Shown here piece after piece: positions 37,685 to 46,624 of a stretch of 64,000 nucleotides of DNA. The position numbers and the translations under genes are program-made. Under the pieces are notes generated by a model. The model was not told the DNA's origin and did not search any database. It saw nothing but the letters and a program-made list of their open reading frames with translations. How positions within the stretch are numbered: the first letter of the stretch is position 1; every line of letters begins with the position of its first letter. The DNA comes from a virus (Duplodnaviria > Heunggongvirae > Uroviricota > Caudoviricetes), in the IMG/VR virus record IMGVR_UViG_3300029511_000167; one strand, 5' to 3'.

Positions 37685-37954
37685 CTACATCATTACTTTT
37701 CCGGTCAGGGAATCGGACTCGTTTGCCACAAAGTATGCAGCTGCTTCTGCTACATTAATGTAGATGCGCATGGATTTTAACTTTTCAGAATATGCAGCAG
37801 CAAATGCAACGGCAGCTTTTTCTTCGATCTCTTTCATATCGATCTGGCGTCCATTTAACTCAAGCACTACGGTATTTTTGGGTTTTACTGCTCTTTTCCT
37901 GGTTTCTTTTTCTTTCTTCTCTTCTTTCTTCATCTCTTTTGAAATATCAATCAT
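37685..37954 (-). CDS. hypothetical protein
   Basis: 89-aa ORF. Motif agtatg at 37993-37998. Confidence 0.45.
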   Translation of the reverse strand: MIDISKEMKKEEKKEKETRKRAVKPKNTVVLELNGRQIDMKEIEEKAAVAFAAAYSEKLKSMRIYINVAEAAAYFVANESDSLTGKVMM

Positions 37955-38633
37955 AGTAATTACCTTCCTTTTTTAATTTTATTTTTTCTTTAGTATGAAA
38001 GATGAAAGGAAAAAATTGAGAAATGATGTATCAAAAATCCTGATACTTTTAAAAAATGAAAGAAAAAGGGAGAGGAAACTCCAGGAAAGATAAGAAGGAA
38101 TATTTTACAGTAGCTGCAAATGCGGATGCGGTGGCAGATGGGAAAGGGAATCGGCAGCAGGTACGGGTGTAACTGTTAAACAGACGCAGACGAATGAGGT
38201 GGGCAGCTGCAGCTGGGAGGCAATTGAGATTGAAACTGAAAAAGGAAAAAGAAAGAGGAAAAATGGATGGATTCGCAGTGTAAGGAAAAAAAGAGAACTG
38301 AGGTGGTCACATTGGGTGCTAGGTTTATGAAAGGAAAGAAAATGAAAAAGGAAAGAAGGAAAAAGAAAAAAAGGAAGAAAATATATCTTTTTCGGTAAGT
38401 CTATACATTGTGACGAATTTTCATTTTTTTGGTCTCTTTATTACTTATTACGCATTTTTTCTTCCTGCCTCATAAAATCACTTTTTTCCTGCGTATTTTC
38501 GTGAGTTTCTTCTCTTTTTTACAGGGAAAAATGTGCGGAAAAAAGTATTGAAAAAAGGCCTGTAAAAAACAGACCCTTTTAACAATATCTCCTAATTTAG
38601 CTGTTCTACTTTTCCTATCTCCTATTCTCTTTT

Positions 38634-39116
38634 CTAGAAAAAGGCAAACGCTCCCTGCCAGAAAAAGCAAAGAAGAAGGGTAATTAGAAAATCTGCATAG
38701 CTTCCACTCTTAAAAAATCCCAGGCTTATTTTCTTTTTATAGAAGGGATATAGGAGGGAAATTCCTCTTTTTGTGAACATATCCTGAACTAAATGAGCGG
38801 AATATCCAAGTAAAAATCCGAAGGAAACTTTCGAGAAGCCATAAGGATAGGTGACGCCATAAAGGATTGTCCATAAGGCTAACATGAAGATTGGCGTGTG
38901 AATTAGGCCACGATGCCCGAAGTTTTTTTTGAAAAATTTTGGAAGAACTGGAATGTGTTTTCCAAGCATCGAACCAGGTTCATCAATATCCGGAAACAAA
39001 GAACCAACCATGGCGGCTGAAATAAAAAACAGACTTTCTTCTGGTGTAGTATTTAATAAAACAGCACCTGTAGCGCCTACATAGGCACCAAAAAATAAGT
39101 GCATATTTCCATTCAT
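38634..39116 (-). CDS. membrane-bound metal-dependent hydrolase, YdjM/DUF457-like
   Basis: Multi-pass hydrophobic protein with HRGLIHTP and HLVQD His motifs. Confidence 0.55.
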   Translation of the reverse strand: MNGNMHLFFGAYVGATGAVLLNTTPEESLFFISAAMVGSLFPDIDEPGSMLGKHIPVLPKFFKKNFGHRGLIHTPIFMLALWTILYGVTYPYGFSKVSFGFLLGYSAHLVQDMFTKRGISLLYPFYKKKISLGFFKSGSYADFLITLLLCFFWQGAFAFF

Positions 39117-39196
39117 AGATTGTATGACTCCATTTCTCTTTTTCTTTAGTATGTAGGAAAAACAAAAAGAAAAAAGGCTGTAAAGCCTTTTTTCTC

Positions 39197-39451
39197 TTAA
39201 GACCGGATATAATTTCTTCTGCGATATAACAAAAGCTTCATTTCCGGTGTGGCTGCATCCACATACGTCTCATTCCTTACTTCTTTTTTTGAAATAATCT
39301 CAGCTCCCGCAATCTCCCGGTTCTTTAAATAAATTTCCAGCTCTTTTCTGGAATGAATCATCCGAAGGGAAGACTCGGCTGGAAGGGTTCGAATCATTAA
39401 ATGAACCGGGTAATCAATCGTTTCTTTCTTTAATAAATCTTTTACTGTCAT
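39197..39451 (-). CDS. hypothetical protein
   Basis: 84-aa ORF with a terminator hairpin aaggctgtaaagcctt downstream. Confidence 0.45.
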   Translation of the reverse strand: MTVKDLLKKETIDYPVHLMIRTLPAESSLRMIHSRKELEIYLKNREIAGAEIISKKEVRNETYVDAATPEMKLLLYRRRNYIRS

Positions 39452-39462
39452 ATGTTCCTCTC

Positions 39463-40017
39463 CTATTTTTCCTGAATTTCTTTCTGTACATTTTTAAGCA
39501 TTTCAATGATTTCTTTCTGATTCTTATCATTCTGGGCTTTTTCAAATGCTTCACGTTCTCTTTTTTCCTTTTCGCTCTCTTCTTCCATTTCAAATTCTTC
39601 TTCAAGCTCGATTCGTGTGCAGGATGAATCTTCCAGCTGATTCATTGCCTCGTCAATACTTTGAATTACTTCTCTTTTTCTTGAATTGCAGTTCTCATAA
39701 AATAACCCAAAGTATGTCATCTGAGTAAAAATAGCAGCAGCAACAGCCGCAGCTCCATAGGCAGAGACAGAAGACTTTGCCACTTCCCAGCCAAGAATAT
39801 CTTCCCAATCAGAAAACTCAAATCCAGATCGAAGGAATAATTCGTCTTCATATTCCTTTCCTGGTTCAACTTTCATTCCTTCTTCAAAAATAGTTTTTTC
39901 CTGCAATTTTTTTTTTGGAAACAACGGATGCTTCCAGAAATGATTCATTGGTTTCATTATCAGTTCCAAGATTATAGATGTTTTCAATCCAAACGCAAAG
40001 GATGATATTATCTTCAT
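39463..40017 (-). CDS. hypothetical acidic protein (start uncertain; overlaps next ORF)
   Basis: ORF track. An E/K-rich C-terminus and a hydrophobic segment. Confidence 0.4.
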   Translation of the reverse strand: MKIISSFAFGLKTSIILELIMKPMNHFWKHPLFPKKKLQEKTIFEEGMKVEPGKEYEDELFLRSGFEFSDWEDILGWEVAKSSVSAYGAAAVAAAIFTQMTYFGLFYENCNSRKREVIQSIDEAMNQLEDSSCTRIELEEEFEMEEESEKEKREREAFEKAQNDKNQKEIIEMLKNVQKEIQEK

Positions 40018-40213
40018 TTTGGCGGACTGGAAGTCTCATCATCTCTTCTGCTGCTTCTTTTACTTTTTCTTTCACTGCTTCGATTATTTTTTCTTTTTCT
40101 GTTTTGTTTTTTTTGGTGTCATATAATATTCCCGGCATTTTTTTTGCGATTTCTCTTCCGATATAATCAAAATTCACCAGTTTAAACAATTCCAGAACGG
40201 TCATAAGAAACAC
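39884..40213 (-). CDS. hypothetical protein
   Basis: 109-aa ORF. Motif agtatg at 40239-40244, 26 nt upstream. Confidence 0.45.
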   Translation of the reverse strand: MFLMTVLELFKLVNFDYIGREIAKKMPGILYDTKKNKTEKEKIIEAVKEKVKEAAEEMMRLPVRQNEDNIILCVWIENIYNLGTDNETNESFLEASVVSKKKIAGKNYF

Positions 40214-40341
40214 TCTCCTTTTTTAAGTTCTTATCTTTAGTATGAGAGTTTTGGAAAAAATGCAGTTCTCAGAACAATAATTTTTACAATAAAAAAAGCC
40301 AGATACCACTGGCTTTTAATTTTTTTCTGACCTATAAGGGA

Positions 40342-40704
40342 TTACGGTCTGAACTGACTGCGAAGGATTTCTGACAAGTCATACTCAATCTGATTAATTT
40401 CAATAGCTCCTTTGAAAAGATTCTTATCCGTAATGCTGCTACACTCTTTTGATAATTCGGAAATGCTATTATGATAGCTGTTCTTCATAAACTCATAGGC
40501 TTTCTTGTCTTTCTCAAGCCCAGTCATCCGATATCTTTCATTCAGTCGATTGAGATAATCCGTTTCTAATGACTCAGCTGGAAAAACGATAGCATACTCC
40601 TCTGTGCCATACTCTTCCACATATTTTCTGACTTCTGCATGAGAAGAAACAAACACTGCATGTCCCTGCCTGGAGAGATACTCGGCCATCTGAACATAGT
40701 ACAC
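40342..40704 (-). CDS. hypothetical protein
   Basis: 120-aa ORF. Confidence 0.45.
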   Translation of the reverse strand: MYYVQMAEYLSRQGHAVFVSSHAEVRKYVEEYGTEEYAIVFPAESLETDYLNRLNERYRMTGLEKDKKAYEFMKNSYHNSISELSKECSSITDKNLFKGAIEINQIEYDLSEILRSQFRP

Positions 40705-40831
40705 GTACCAATCATTTGGACGTGTTCTTACGCCGTTTTCATCTGTTTTCCGAAAACATGAACTTTCAAGATCATATCGCTGGATCCATTTCTTTCATAT
40801 TAAGAGTATCAATATGAAAGGATGACAAGTT

Positions 40832-41455
40832 ATGAAAAATGATATGCGGCCGCAGCTGCGTTTTCCTGGGTTTGCAGATGCGTGGGTAGAGAAGAAGCTG
40901 GGCGAGGTAGGCAATACTTTTACTGGTTTATCAGGTAAAACAGCTGATGATTTTGGGCATGGAAATGCTTCATTTATAACTTACATGAATGTTTATTCAA
41001 ATCCAGTGGCCAACCCAGAAATGGTTGGACAAATAGAAATAGATCCACGGCAAAAAGAAGTAAATGTGGGAGATGTATTTTTTACGACTTCATCAGAAAC
41101 ACCCGAAGAAGTTGGAATGTCAAGTGTTCTAAAAGAAAAAAACGGTATAATGTATCTTAACAGTTTTTGTTTTGGTTTTAGACCATCCCTGACATTTGAT
41201 TTAGATTATCTTGCATATTTGCTTCGCTCAGAATTTGTACGGAGAAAGATCAAAATTTTGGCTCAAGGAATTTCCAGATATAATATCTCAAAAAACAAAA
41301 TGATGGAAATAGAAATTCAATATCCTACTCTTCCAGAGCAGCATCTCATTGGAACGTTCTTCAGCTCCCTGGATCGCCTTATTGCCCTTAATAAGCACAA
41401 GCTCTCGGCCATGAAAGAATATAAAAAGTCCATGTTGCAGCGAATGTTTGTATAA
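40832..41455 (+). CDS. hsdS: type I restriction-modification specificity subunit HsdS, half-size with a single target-recognition domain (orphan)
   Basis: N-terminal LRFPGFADAW..LGEV and C-terminal conserved PTLPEQHLIGTFFSSLDRLIALNKHKL...SMLQRMF blocks. No hsdM or hsdR in the window. Confidence 0.65.
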   Translation: MKNDMRPQLRFPGFADAWVEKKLGEVGNTFTGLSGKTADDFGHGNASFITYMNVYSNPVANPEMVGQIEIDPRQKEVNVGDVFFTTSSETPEEVGMSSVLKEKNGIMYLNSFCFGFRPSLTFDLDYLAYLLRSEFVRRKIKILAQGISRYNISKNKMMEIEIQYPTLPEQHLIGTFFSSLDRLIALNKHKLSAMKEYKKSMLQRMFV

Positions 41456-41839
41456 AAACTTTATTTTTTTTTGTTATTTTGTCATAAATCTCTCATAATA
41501 TTTATGACGAAAAGATTTCTGGAGATTAGATTATATTGTATTAAGTGGCCACTAAGGATTAATTAGTTTTATTCTGGAATCTTGATGTGTCATATTCTTT
41601 ATTTTTTATTTCAGCCAGTGCAATAGTAATTGCATTTTAAAATTATAATTGCATTTTAAAAAAACCATAAACACAGTTCTTATTTAACTAAATTATTTTG
41701 TCTATTTTGGGACTGTGGTTAATATGCTACATGCTTTGGTCTGGAGCGGTTTTCTCGTTTTGAAAGTAAATTAGAAGAGATGTGATCGAGTTTTTGTGGG
41801 CGAATAGAATATAGTATTCAGTAGCCCTGAGCGTATTAA

Positions 41840-41920
41840 GTTAACGATGCGAATTGGTCAGCAAGCGGTCTCGAAAACTGTCGGTCTTTGGACTTGTGGG
41901 TTCGAATCCCACCGTTAACG
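41840..41920 (+). other. tRNA-like element (perfect 7-bp acceptor pairing plus canonical T-arm, but no cloverleaf D/anticodon arms); possible att core
   Basis: 5' GTTAACG ... GTGGG-TTCGAAT-CCCAC-CGTTAAC-G, followed by the terminator aaaaaaaagcaccaaacaggtgcttttt at 41924-41960. Confidence 0.35.
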
Positions 41921-41957
41921 CGCAAAAAAAAGCACCAAACAGGTGCTTTTTCTTTTT

Positions 41958-42932
41958 TTAAACAGTTGCTAATTTCAGCTTCTTAGCTGTGCTTGCCCGA
42001 AGTACGGCATAATCTTTTATAACCGTATCACACAGGCAGTTTTTTCTTTTTCCAGGGACACTGTGATAAACCTTAAATGCAGAACGAATACATTCATTGA
42101 AATTGTTGGATTCAATCTCTCCTCGATAAGATGCGAATGCTTTGCCAAATCTTCTGCTGCTGAAGCCATAATCCATCATGAGATAGCTGACAGCATTTAA
42201 AAACTTATCCTCATACCGAACACATTTAAAGAGATTCGATTTCCTTGCAATAAATACAAGTTCCGATAAATCTTTCAAACATTTTCGAATCTTCTTCTCC
42301 TGCTCCTGTGACATGGTAAAGAGACCATTTTTGATCATCTTTGAACCATTTCCATTGGAATTATTTCCATAACTTCCAGTTGCCACAGCCAAAATGCATT
42401 TGCTGCTAAGAGAGTATTTAAAGTCTTCAATGACCTGAACTAATCTCTTGTAATCATCGCTGTAATCAGCAAAAGATGCTACATAATCATAAAGCTTCCA
42501 CTTAGACTGGCAGATGTTCATAACTCTGGCCTGCTCTAATGTATATCCAGGCTGGCAGACTACGCGTACCGGAATCGCCTCTCCTTTTTCCCTTGAAAGA
42601 TCTATAATGGCGCTTAATCGATGCTGCCCATCCAGAATCTCTCCATTCTCATTTACAATGATTGGTGCAATCTGACCGTGACGTTTAATGGAATTTTTAA
42701 TTCTCTTTTTCACTTTATCTGTAATTGGCCGGTTTCCCTTTAACTTTTCTGAGAACAGCTGGTGATTGGCTGTTTCAAAAACAACATTAGTTACTTTGGT
42801 CTGTTTGTCAAAACCATACAGTTCTCCAAGCAGCTGGAACAGAATCTCTTCCTTCTCTACGTCTGTTACGATTTCTGATAAAAAGCCTCTCATGTTCTCT
42901 TTTACCTGGTTCTTATCAATTGTCTTATTCAT
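41958..42932 (-). CDS. ParB/Srx-fold protein with DGQHR motif (ParB-like nuclease / DndB-like family)
   Basis: PIIVNENGEILDGQHRLSAIIDL. Motif agtatg at 42965-42970, 33 nt upstream. Confidence 0.55.
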   Translation of the reverse strand: MNKTIDKNQVKENMRGFLSEIVTDVEKEEILFQLLGELYGFDKQTKVTNVVFETANHQLFSEKLKGNRPITDKVKKRIKNSIKRHGQIAPIIVNENGEILDGQHRLSAIIDLSREKGEAIPVRVVCQPGYTLEQARVMNICQSKWKLYDYVASFADYSDDYKRLVQVIEDFKYSLSSKCILAVATGSYGNNSNGNGSKMIKNGLFTMSQEQEKKIRKCLKDLSELVFIARKSNLFKCVRYEDKFLNAVSYLMMDYGFSSRRFGKAFASYRGEIESNNFNECIRSAFKVYHSVPGKRKNCLCDTVIKDYAVLRASTAKKLKLATV

Positions 42933-43012
42933 TTCTTATCTCTCCTTTTTTCTTTTATGAATACAGTATGCTGTTTATTTATCTAAACAAAAAAGAAGGC
43001 AAAGCCTTCCTT

Positions 43013-43795
43013 TTATGCTGCAATCAGAGATTTCATGGTTTCTATATTTGATATGGCTGTTTGAAACATATCATACAGACATTTTCTTTCGATTTTAGTT
43101 AAAGCGAATGCATCGCTTCCATTTTTTTCTTTCTTTATTTGCTTGATTATGGATATTTCTGTATAAACATTGGTTGTATGAATCATACTTGAATGTTTCT
43201 CGTAGAATTTGTCTAATAGATAATGAGTGATTTGTTCTTGTTCTGAATCGGAAATCCTGTTTTCGTAGATGTCAATGAATGTTGTATCTTCCCAGGTTCC
43301 GTAATCTTTTGGTCTAAGTCGGATAATTTCTTTATAACCATGTTCGTGATAGACCCTATCTTTTTCTTGATCCTCTTCTTCTTTTAGCTCATGATGACCA
43401 CCATCGACTTCAATACAAAGTGAAAAATCCGGAAGAAAAATATCGGTTTCGTATTTTCTGTCTTTAATCAGATTTTCATTGATTTGAATCGGTCCAAGTC
43501 CTACATGATATTTCTCATTTAAATAATCATCCACTGCCTCTGCGACTAAAATGACCTGCCGCTGCAGACTTGAAACTTTGGAATCTTTCGATGCTAACAC
43601 ACATTTTTCGAAATAACCTGAAAGAGTGGAATCTGGCTCTCCATCTGAGAGTTTCATAATCACCTTTTCATAGAGAGTATCCTCTTTACTTGTTAATACT
43701 AGTTCCTTTGACTTTTTATTTCCTTTAAAATTTTTAATAGAAAACATGTTATTGTTAAATGCAAATAAGCATTTTCTCCTTCTGTCTTTTTTCAC
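43013..43795 (-). CDS. PD-(D/E)xK nuclease-like protein (DUF559/Vsr-like C-terminal core)
   Basis: LCIEVDGGHHELKEEEDQEKDRVYHEHGYKEIIRL resembles the IEVDG..H....D..R...L..GY.I.R block of DUF559 endonucleases. The start is uncertain. Confidence 0.4.
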   Translation of the reverse strand: MKKDRRRKCLFAFNNNMFSIKNFKGNKKSKELVLTSKEDTLYEKVIMKLSDGEPDSTLSGYFEKCVLASKDSKVSSLQRQVILVAEAVDDYLNEKYHVGLGPIQINENLIKDRKYETDIFLPDFSLCIEVDGGHHELKEEEDQEKDRVYHEHGYKEIIRLRPKDYGTWEDTTFIDIYENRISDSEQEQITHYLLDKFYEKHSSMIHTTNVYTEISIIKQIKKEKNGSDAFALTKIERKCLYDMFQTAISNIETMKSLIAA

Positions 43796-43886
43796 TTATA
43801 TAATGGGAAAAAAATGGGAAGATAAAGAACGAAAATCATTTGACTACAAAAAATTGCATACTATGGCAGAAAAAAGAAAAAAGGAG

Positions 43887-44615
43887 TTTGATTTTATGAT
43901 AGATACTGCTACTGCTCATGCATGTATTAAAGATTTTTTAAAGAAACCAAGACCGGAAATTCCCATTTCAGTGAATGAACGAAGTCTTGAAGTGTTTGGA
44001 AATGAAAAATATTTAGCTTCTGCAGAATGTAAGAAACTGTTACATAAGAATCATTTATCATTTTCATTATTTAATGTGTATGAAACACCAGAACCATTTT
44101 TTTATTATCATTGTCATAATTTTTCTGGTATTGGCCTGATTGTTGAAAATAAGGATACCTGGTATTCCATGCGAAAGATCTTAATGAAAACCGGACAAAT
44201 TTGCGGGCTGCCAGTTCAGGCTTTAATTTATGGAGAAGGACGAAAAATACAAAAATCCTTTCAGTATATTGCGGCAGAGGATACAAAGGACATTCATAAT
44301 GTGAAAACATTCTATTACTTTGGAGATATGGATTCTTCTGGAATTGATATTCTATATAAGATCGTAAGCAGCTATCCAGAGTATTCGATTCTTCCCTTTA
44401 AGCCCGGTTATGAATATTTATATTGCCACCGAATGGAAGGCCGGACAAAAGAACTTGAAATATCTATTCCAATTTCTATGAAGGAAGTCTCCATTTTGGA
44501 TTTTTTTGATGAACATTGCTTGAATGATATCTATACCTTTTGTAACCATGACTATATCATTCCACAGGAATTGCTCAATTACCATGTTCTTGACACTTGG
44601 AATTTGCCTTGCTAA
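43887..44615 (+). CDS. Toprim-like (E...DxD) domain protein
   Basis: Start MIDTATAHAC with RBS aaaaaggag. GLIVENKD (Glu) and YYFGDMDSSG (DxD) are spaced as in Toprim folds. The plus-strand CATACT motif lies 24 nt upstream. Confidence 0.4.
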   Translation, partial: FDFMIDTATAHACIKDFLKKPRPEIPISVNERSLEVFGNEKYLASAECKKLLHKNHLSFSLFNVYETPEPFFYYHCHNFSGIGLIVENKDTWYSMRKILMKTGQICGLPVQALIYGEGRKIQKSFQYIAAEDTKDIHNVKTFYYFGDMDSSGIDILYKIVSSYPEYSILPFKPGYEYLYCHRMEGRTKELEISIPISMKEVSILDFFDEHCLNDIYTFCNHDYIIPQELLNYHVLDTWNLPC

Positions 44616-44649
44616 ATGAAAAATAAAAAAATGAAAAGGAAAAAATTAT

Positions 44650-45075
44650 ATGCTAATTCGAAAATGGAAATCTCACAGCACTTGGTACCGCATGATTGCA
44701 AATTTTAAGTATGGCGTTGTCTATACCAACATCATTCAAATCTCATTAAAAAATCCATGGCTTCTTCCAAAATATGAAGATAACTTTGCAGGCATTGATG
44801 GCTTTCGATTATACGGTTGGTTATTTTTCTATTTTGGAAGAGCTTATTATGGCTTTCTGTATCCTGCGGAAAAGGAAACCACTGGCGGATTTTTGGACAA
44901 AAATGGAACTAGATGGTTTATTGCTGGAAAAAATAAAAGAAAAGATGAAATCGATACGTTTCTAACTGACGTAAAAAACGTCAAAAAGCTGATTAAAATG
45001 GGATATCATATTGTTTGGACTCGTACTTATCTGGAGAATGGTCACTATAATATTTCCGCTGTTATTCAAAAGTAA
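44650..45075 (+). CDS. hypothetical protein co-transcribed with the Toprim-like gene
   Basis: 141-aa ORF with a bidirectional terminator agcacctctaaggtgct immediately downstream. Confidence 0.45.
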   Translation: MLIRKWKSHSTWYRMIANFKYGVVYTNIIQISLKNPWLLPKYEDNFAGIDGFRLYGWLFFYFGRAYYGFLYPAEKETTGGFLDKNGTRWFIAGKNKRKDEIDTFLTDVKNVKKLIKMGYHIVWTRTYLENGHYNISAVIQK

Positions 45076-45099
45076 AAGCACCTCTAAGGTGCTTTTTCG

Positions 45100-45387
45100 T
45101 TAATCAAATTCGAATTCATCCGTTTCTTTTTTAGTAACTGTATCAAACCCATTTAATACATTTACATACTTCACCAGTTTATCATCTTTTAAAGTGATCC
45201 CAGAAGAAGCGGCTCCTACCATTTCATTTTTATAAATACTTTCGTTTTCATTATTTTTAACACACACGGAAACAAACATAGGAACCTTATTCCGGTTGCA
45301 CGCAATCCTTAATTTTGTAATCAAATCTAAAATTTCCTTCTCATATACCTCACTGGCATCAAATTCTGTTACTGAATTCTGTCTCAT
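45100..45387 (-). CDS. hypothetical protein
   Basis: 95-aa ORF. Confidence 0.45.
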   Translation of the reverse strand: MRQNSVTEFDASEVYEKEILDLITKLRIACNRNKVPMFVSVCVKNNENESIYKNEMVGAASSGITLKDDKLVKYVNVLNGFDTVTKKETDEFEFD

Positions 45388-45391
45388 CTTT

Positions 45392-45643
45392 TTAATCCTC
45401 CACTGAAATTAAAATATCTTTTATCGCATTTAAAAACTCTTTGACATGTTCTGTATTCCACTCATCATTAATAGAAAGAACACAGGGTTTTGAAAAGTCG
45501 GAACTTAACACTCCAAGCAAACTCTTGGCATCTGTAATGCGTCTGCCATTAGAAAAATCAACATCACAGGGCATCTGCATGGCGGCTTTCACCATATGGA
45601 CTGCGTCTGCATTTGTTTTAATTTGAATATTTACTTTAATCAC
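45392..45643 (-). CDS. HPr-like phosphocarrier-fold protein
   Basis: ADAVHMVKAAMQ (His region) and KSLLGVLSS resemble HPr GIHARPA and KSIMGVMSLG. Confidence 0.4.
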   Translation of the reverse strand: MIKVNIQIKTNADAVHMVKAAMQMPCDVDFSNGRRITDAKSLLGVLSSDFSKPCVLSINDEWNTEHVKEFLNAIKDILISVED

Positions 45644-46151
45644 TTCTTCGTACCTCCACGGAGTCTAATGCTCCTGCCTGCCGTAACAGGTCTTCCTGAT
45701 CCTTAGTCAAAATCACATAGTCTTTTTTCTTTCTTTTTTTCATAGGTTTTAAAGTTTCAAGGTTTAGCATATGGTTTTCAATATTTATCATTCTTTTGTT
45801 TGTTTCATCTGTTAAAATCTCTTCATATGCATAGGCAACCGGCCCTGCAAGATAAGATCGGAGTAGATTTTTCAGGAATGAATTCCTGTAAAAACGCTTT
45901 AAAGTAGACAAATACTGAATGACATCAGCATCCTCTTCTTCACTTAATTTGATATGAAACTGTGCATGCTTAATGTTTGAAAGTTCATCATTTTTCACAT
46001 GAGTGACTGGAACCTGAAAGAATACAGGTTCGTCTCTCACATACGCGATGAGGGCTCGCTTCATCGCTTCTTTAATTGGAAACCGCAGATTTTTGTATAA
46101 ATAAATTAAATCAAAATCATGCAGTTTATATAATCGAACTGTGATATTCAC
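45636..46151 (-). CDS. hypothetical protein
   Basis: 171-aa ORF. Confidence 0.45.
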   Translation of the reverse strand: MNITVRLYKLHDFDLIYLYKNLRFPIKEAMKRALIAYVRDEPVFFQVPVTHVKNDELSNIKHAQFHIKLSEEEDADVIQYLSTLKRFYRNSFLKNLLRSYLAGPVAYAYEEILTDETNKRMINIENHMLNLETLKPMKKRKKKDYVILTKDQEDLLRQAGALDSVEVRRSD

Positions 46152-46160
46152 AAATACCTC

Positions 46161-46508
46161 CTATGCCAAAATACACATCAGTCCACCGGCGGCAATGCAC
46201 AGGTAACCAATGTATCTCCATTTTTTGTCCGGATAATAGATCGTAACTCCTGTTTCAGTTATCTGAAGCATCAGATCCTCTCCAATACTTCTCGGCTTTC
46301 GTTTCTTTACTTCTTTTATCTGACATTGTTCAAAGGTTTCTTTATCTTCTCTAAGCAAAAGCACAGAAAGAATTGTTTCATCGTTTTGTGTTTCAATTTT
46401 ATGAATGGTTCCACAGCGCATTTCATCCGCAGACGGGAGCAGACGCTTTGGAAGCCAAAATGCCAGGAAAAAACCAATTATCTCACATACAATCCCTAAC
46501 AATATCAT
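46161..46508 (-). CDS. hypothetical membrane protein
   Basis: 115 aa with N- and C-terminal hydrophobic segments. Confidence 0.45.
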   Translation of the reverse strand: MILLGIVCEIIGFFLAFWLPKRLLPSADEMRCGTIHKIETQNDETILSVLLLREDKETFEQCQIKEVKKRKPRSIGEDLMLQITETGVTIYYPDKKWRYIGYLCIAAGGLMCILA

Positions 46509-46624
46509 TCATTACTCTCTTTCTTATGATTCTTTTTCCTCTTCTGCCTCTGCAAATGGGCATTTAACCAGATCGTCAAAAAAATCCTCTTCAAATAGTG
46601 GAAGGCTGCACTTCCTATCGTTTA

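Noticed and set aside
38470-38670. 66-aa ORF at the edge of the polypurine region
   Set aside because: Low-complexity K/R/F-rich translation, no RBS, and it overlaps the start of the YdjM-like gene. Treated as non-coding.
39463-40213. Overlap of ORFs 39463..40017 and 39884..40213
   Set aside because: Both were kept, but the 134-nt overlap is probably an artefact of choosing the longest ORF. The downstream gene likely starts at an internal Met (MKVEPGK or MKPMNHF).
41840-41920. Considered calling a bona fide tRNA gene on the plus strand
   Set aside because: The acceptor stem and T-arm are perfect, but no D-arm or anticodon arm can be folded from the 40 internal nucleotides. Reported as a tRNA-like or att-like element instead.
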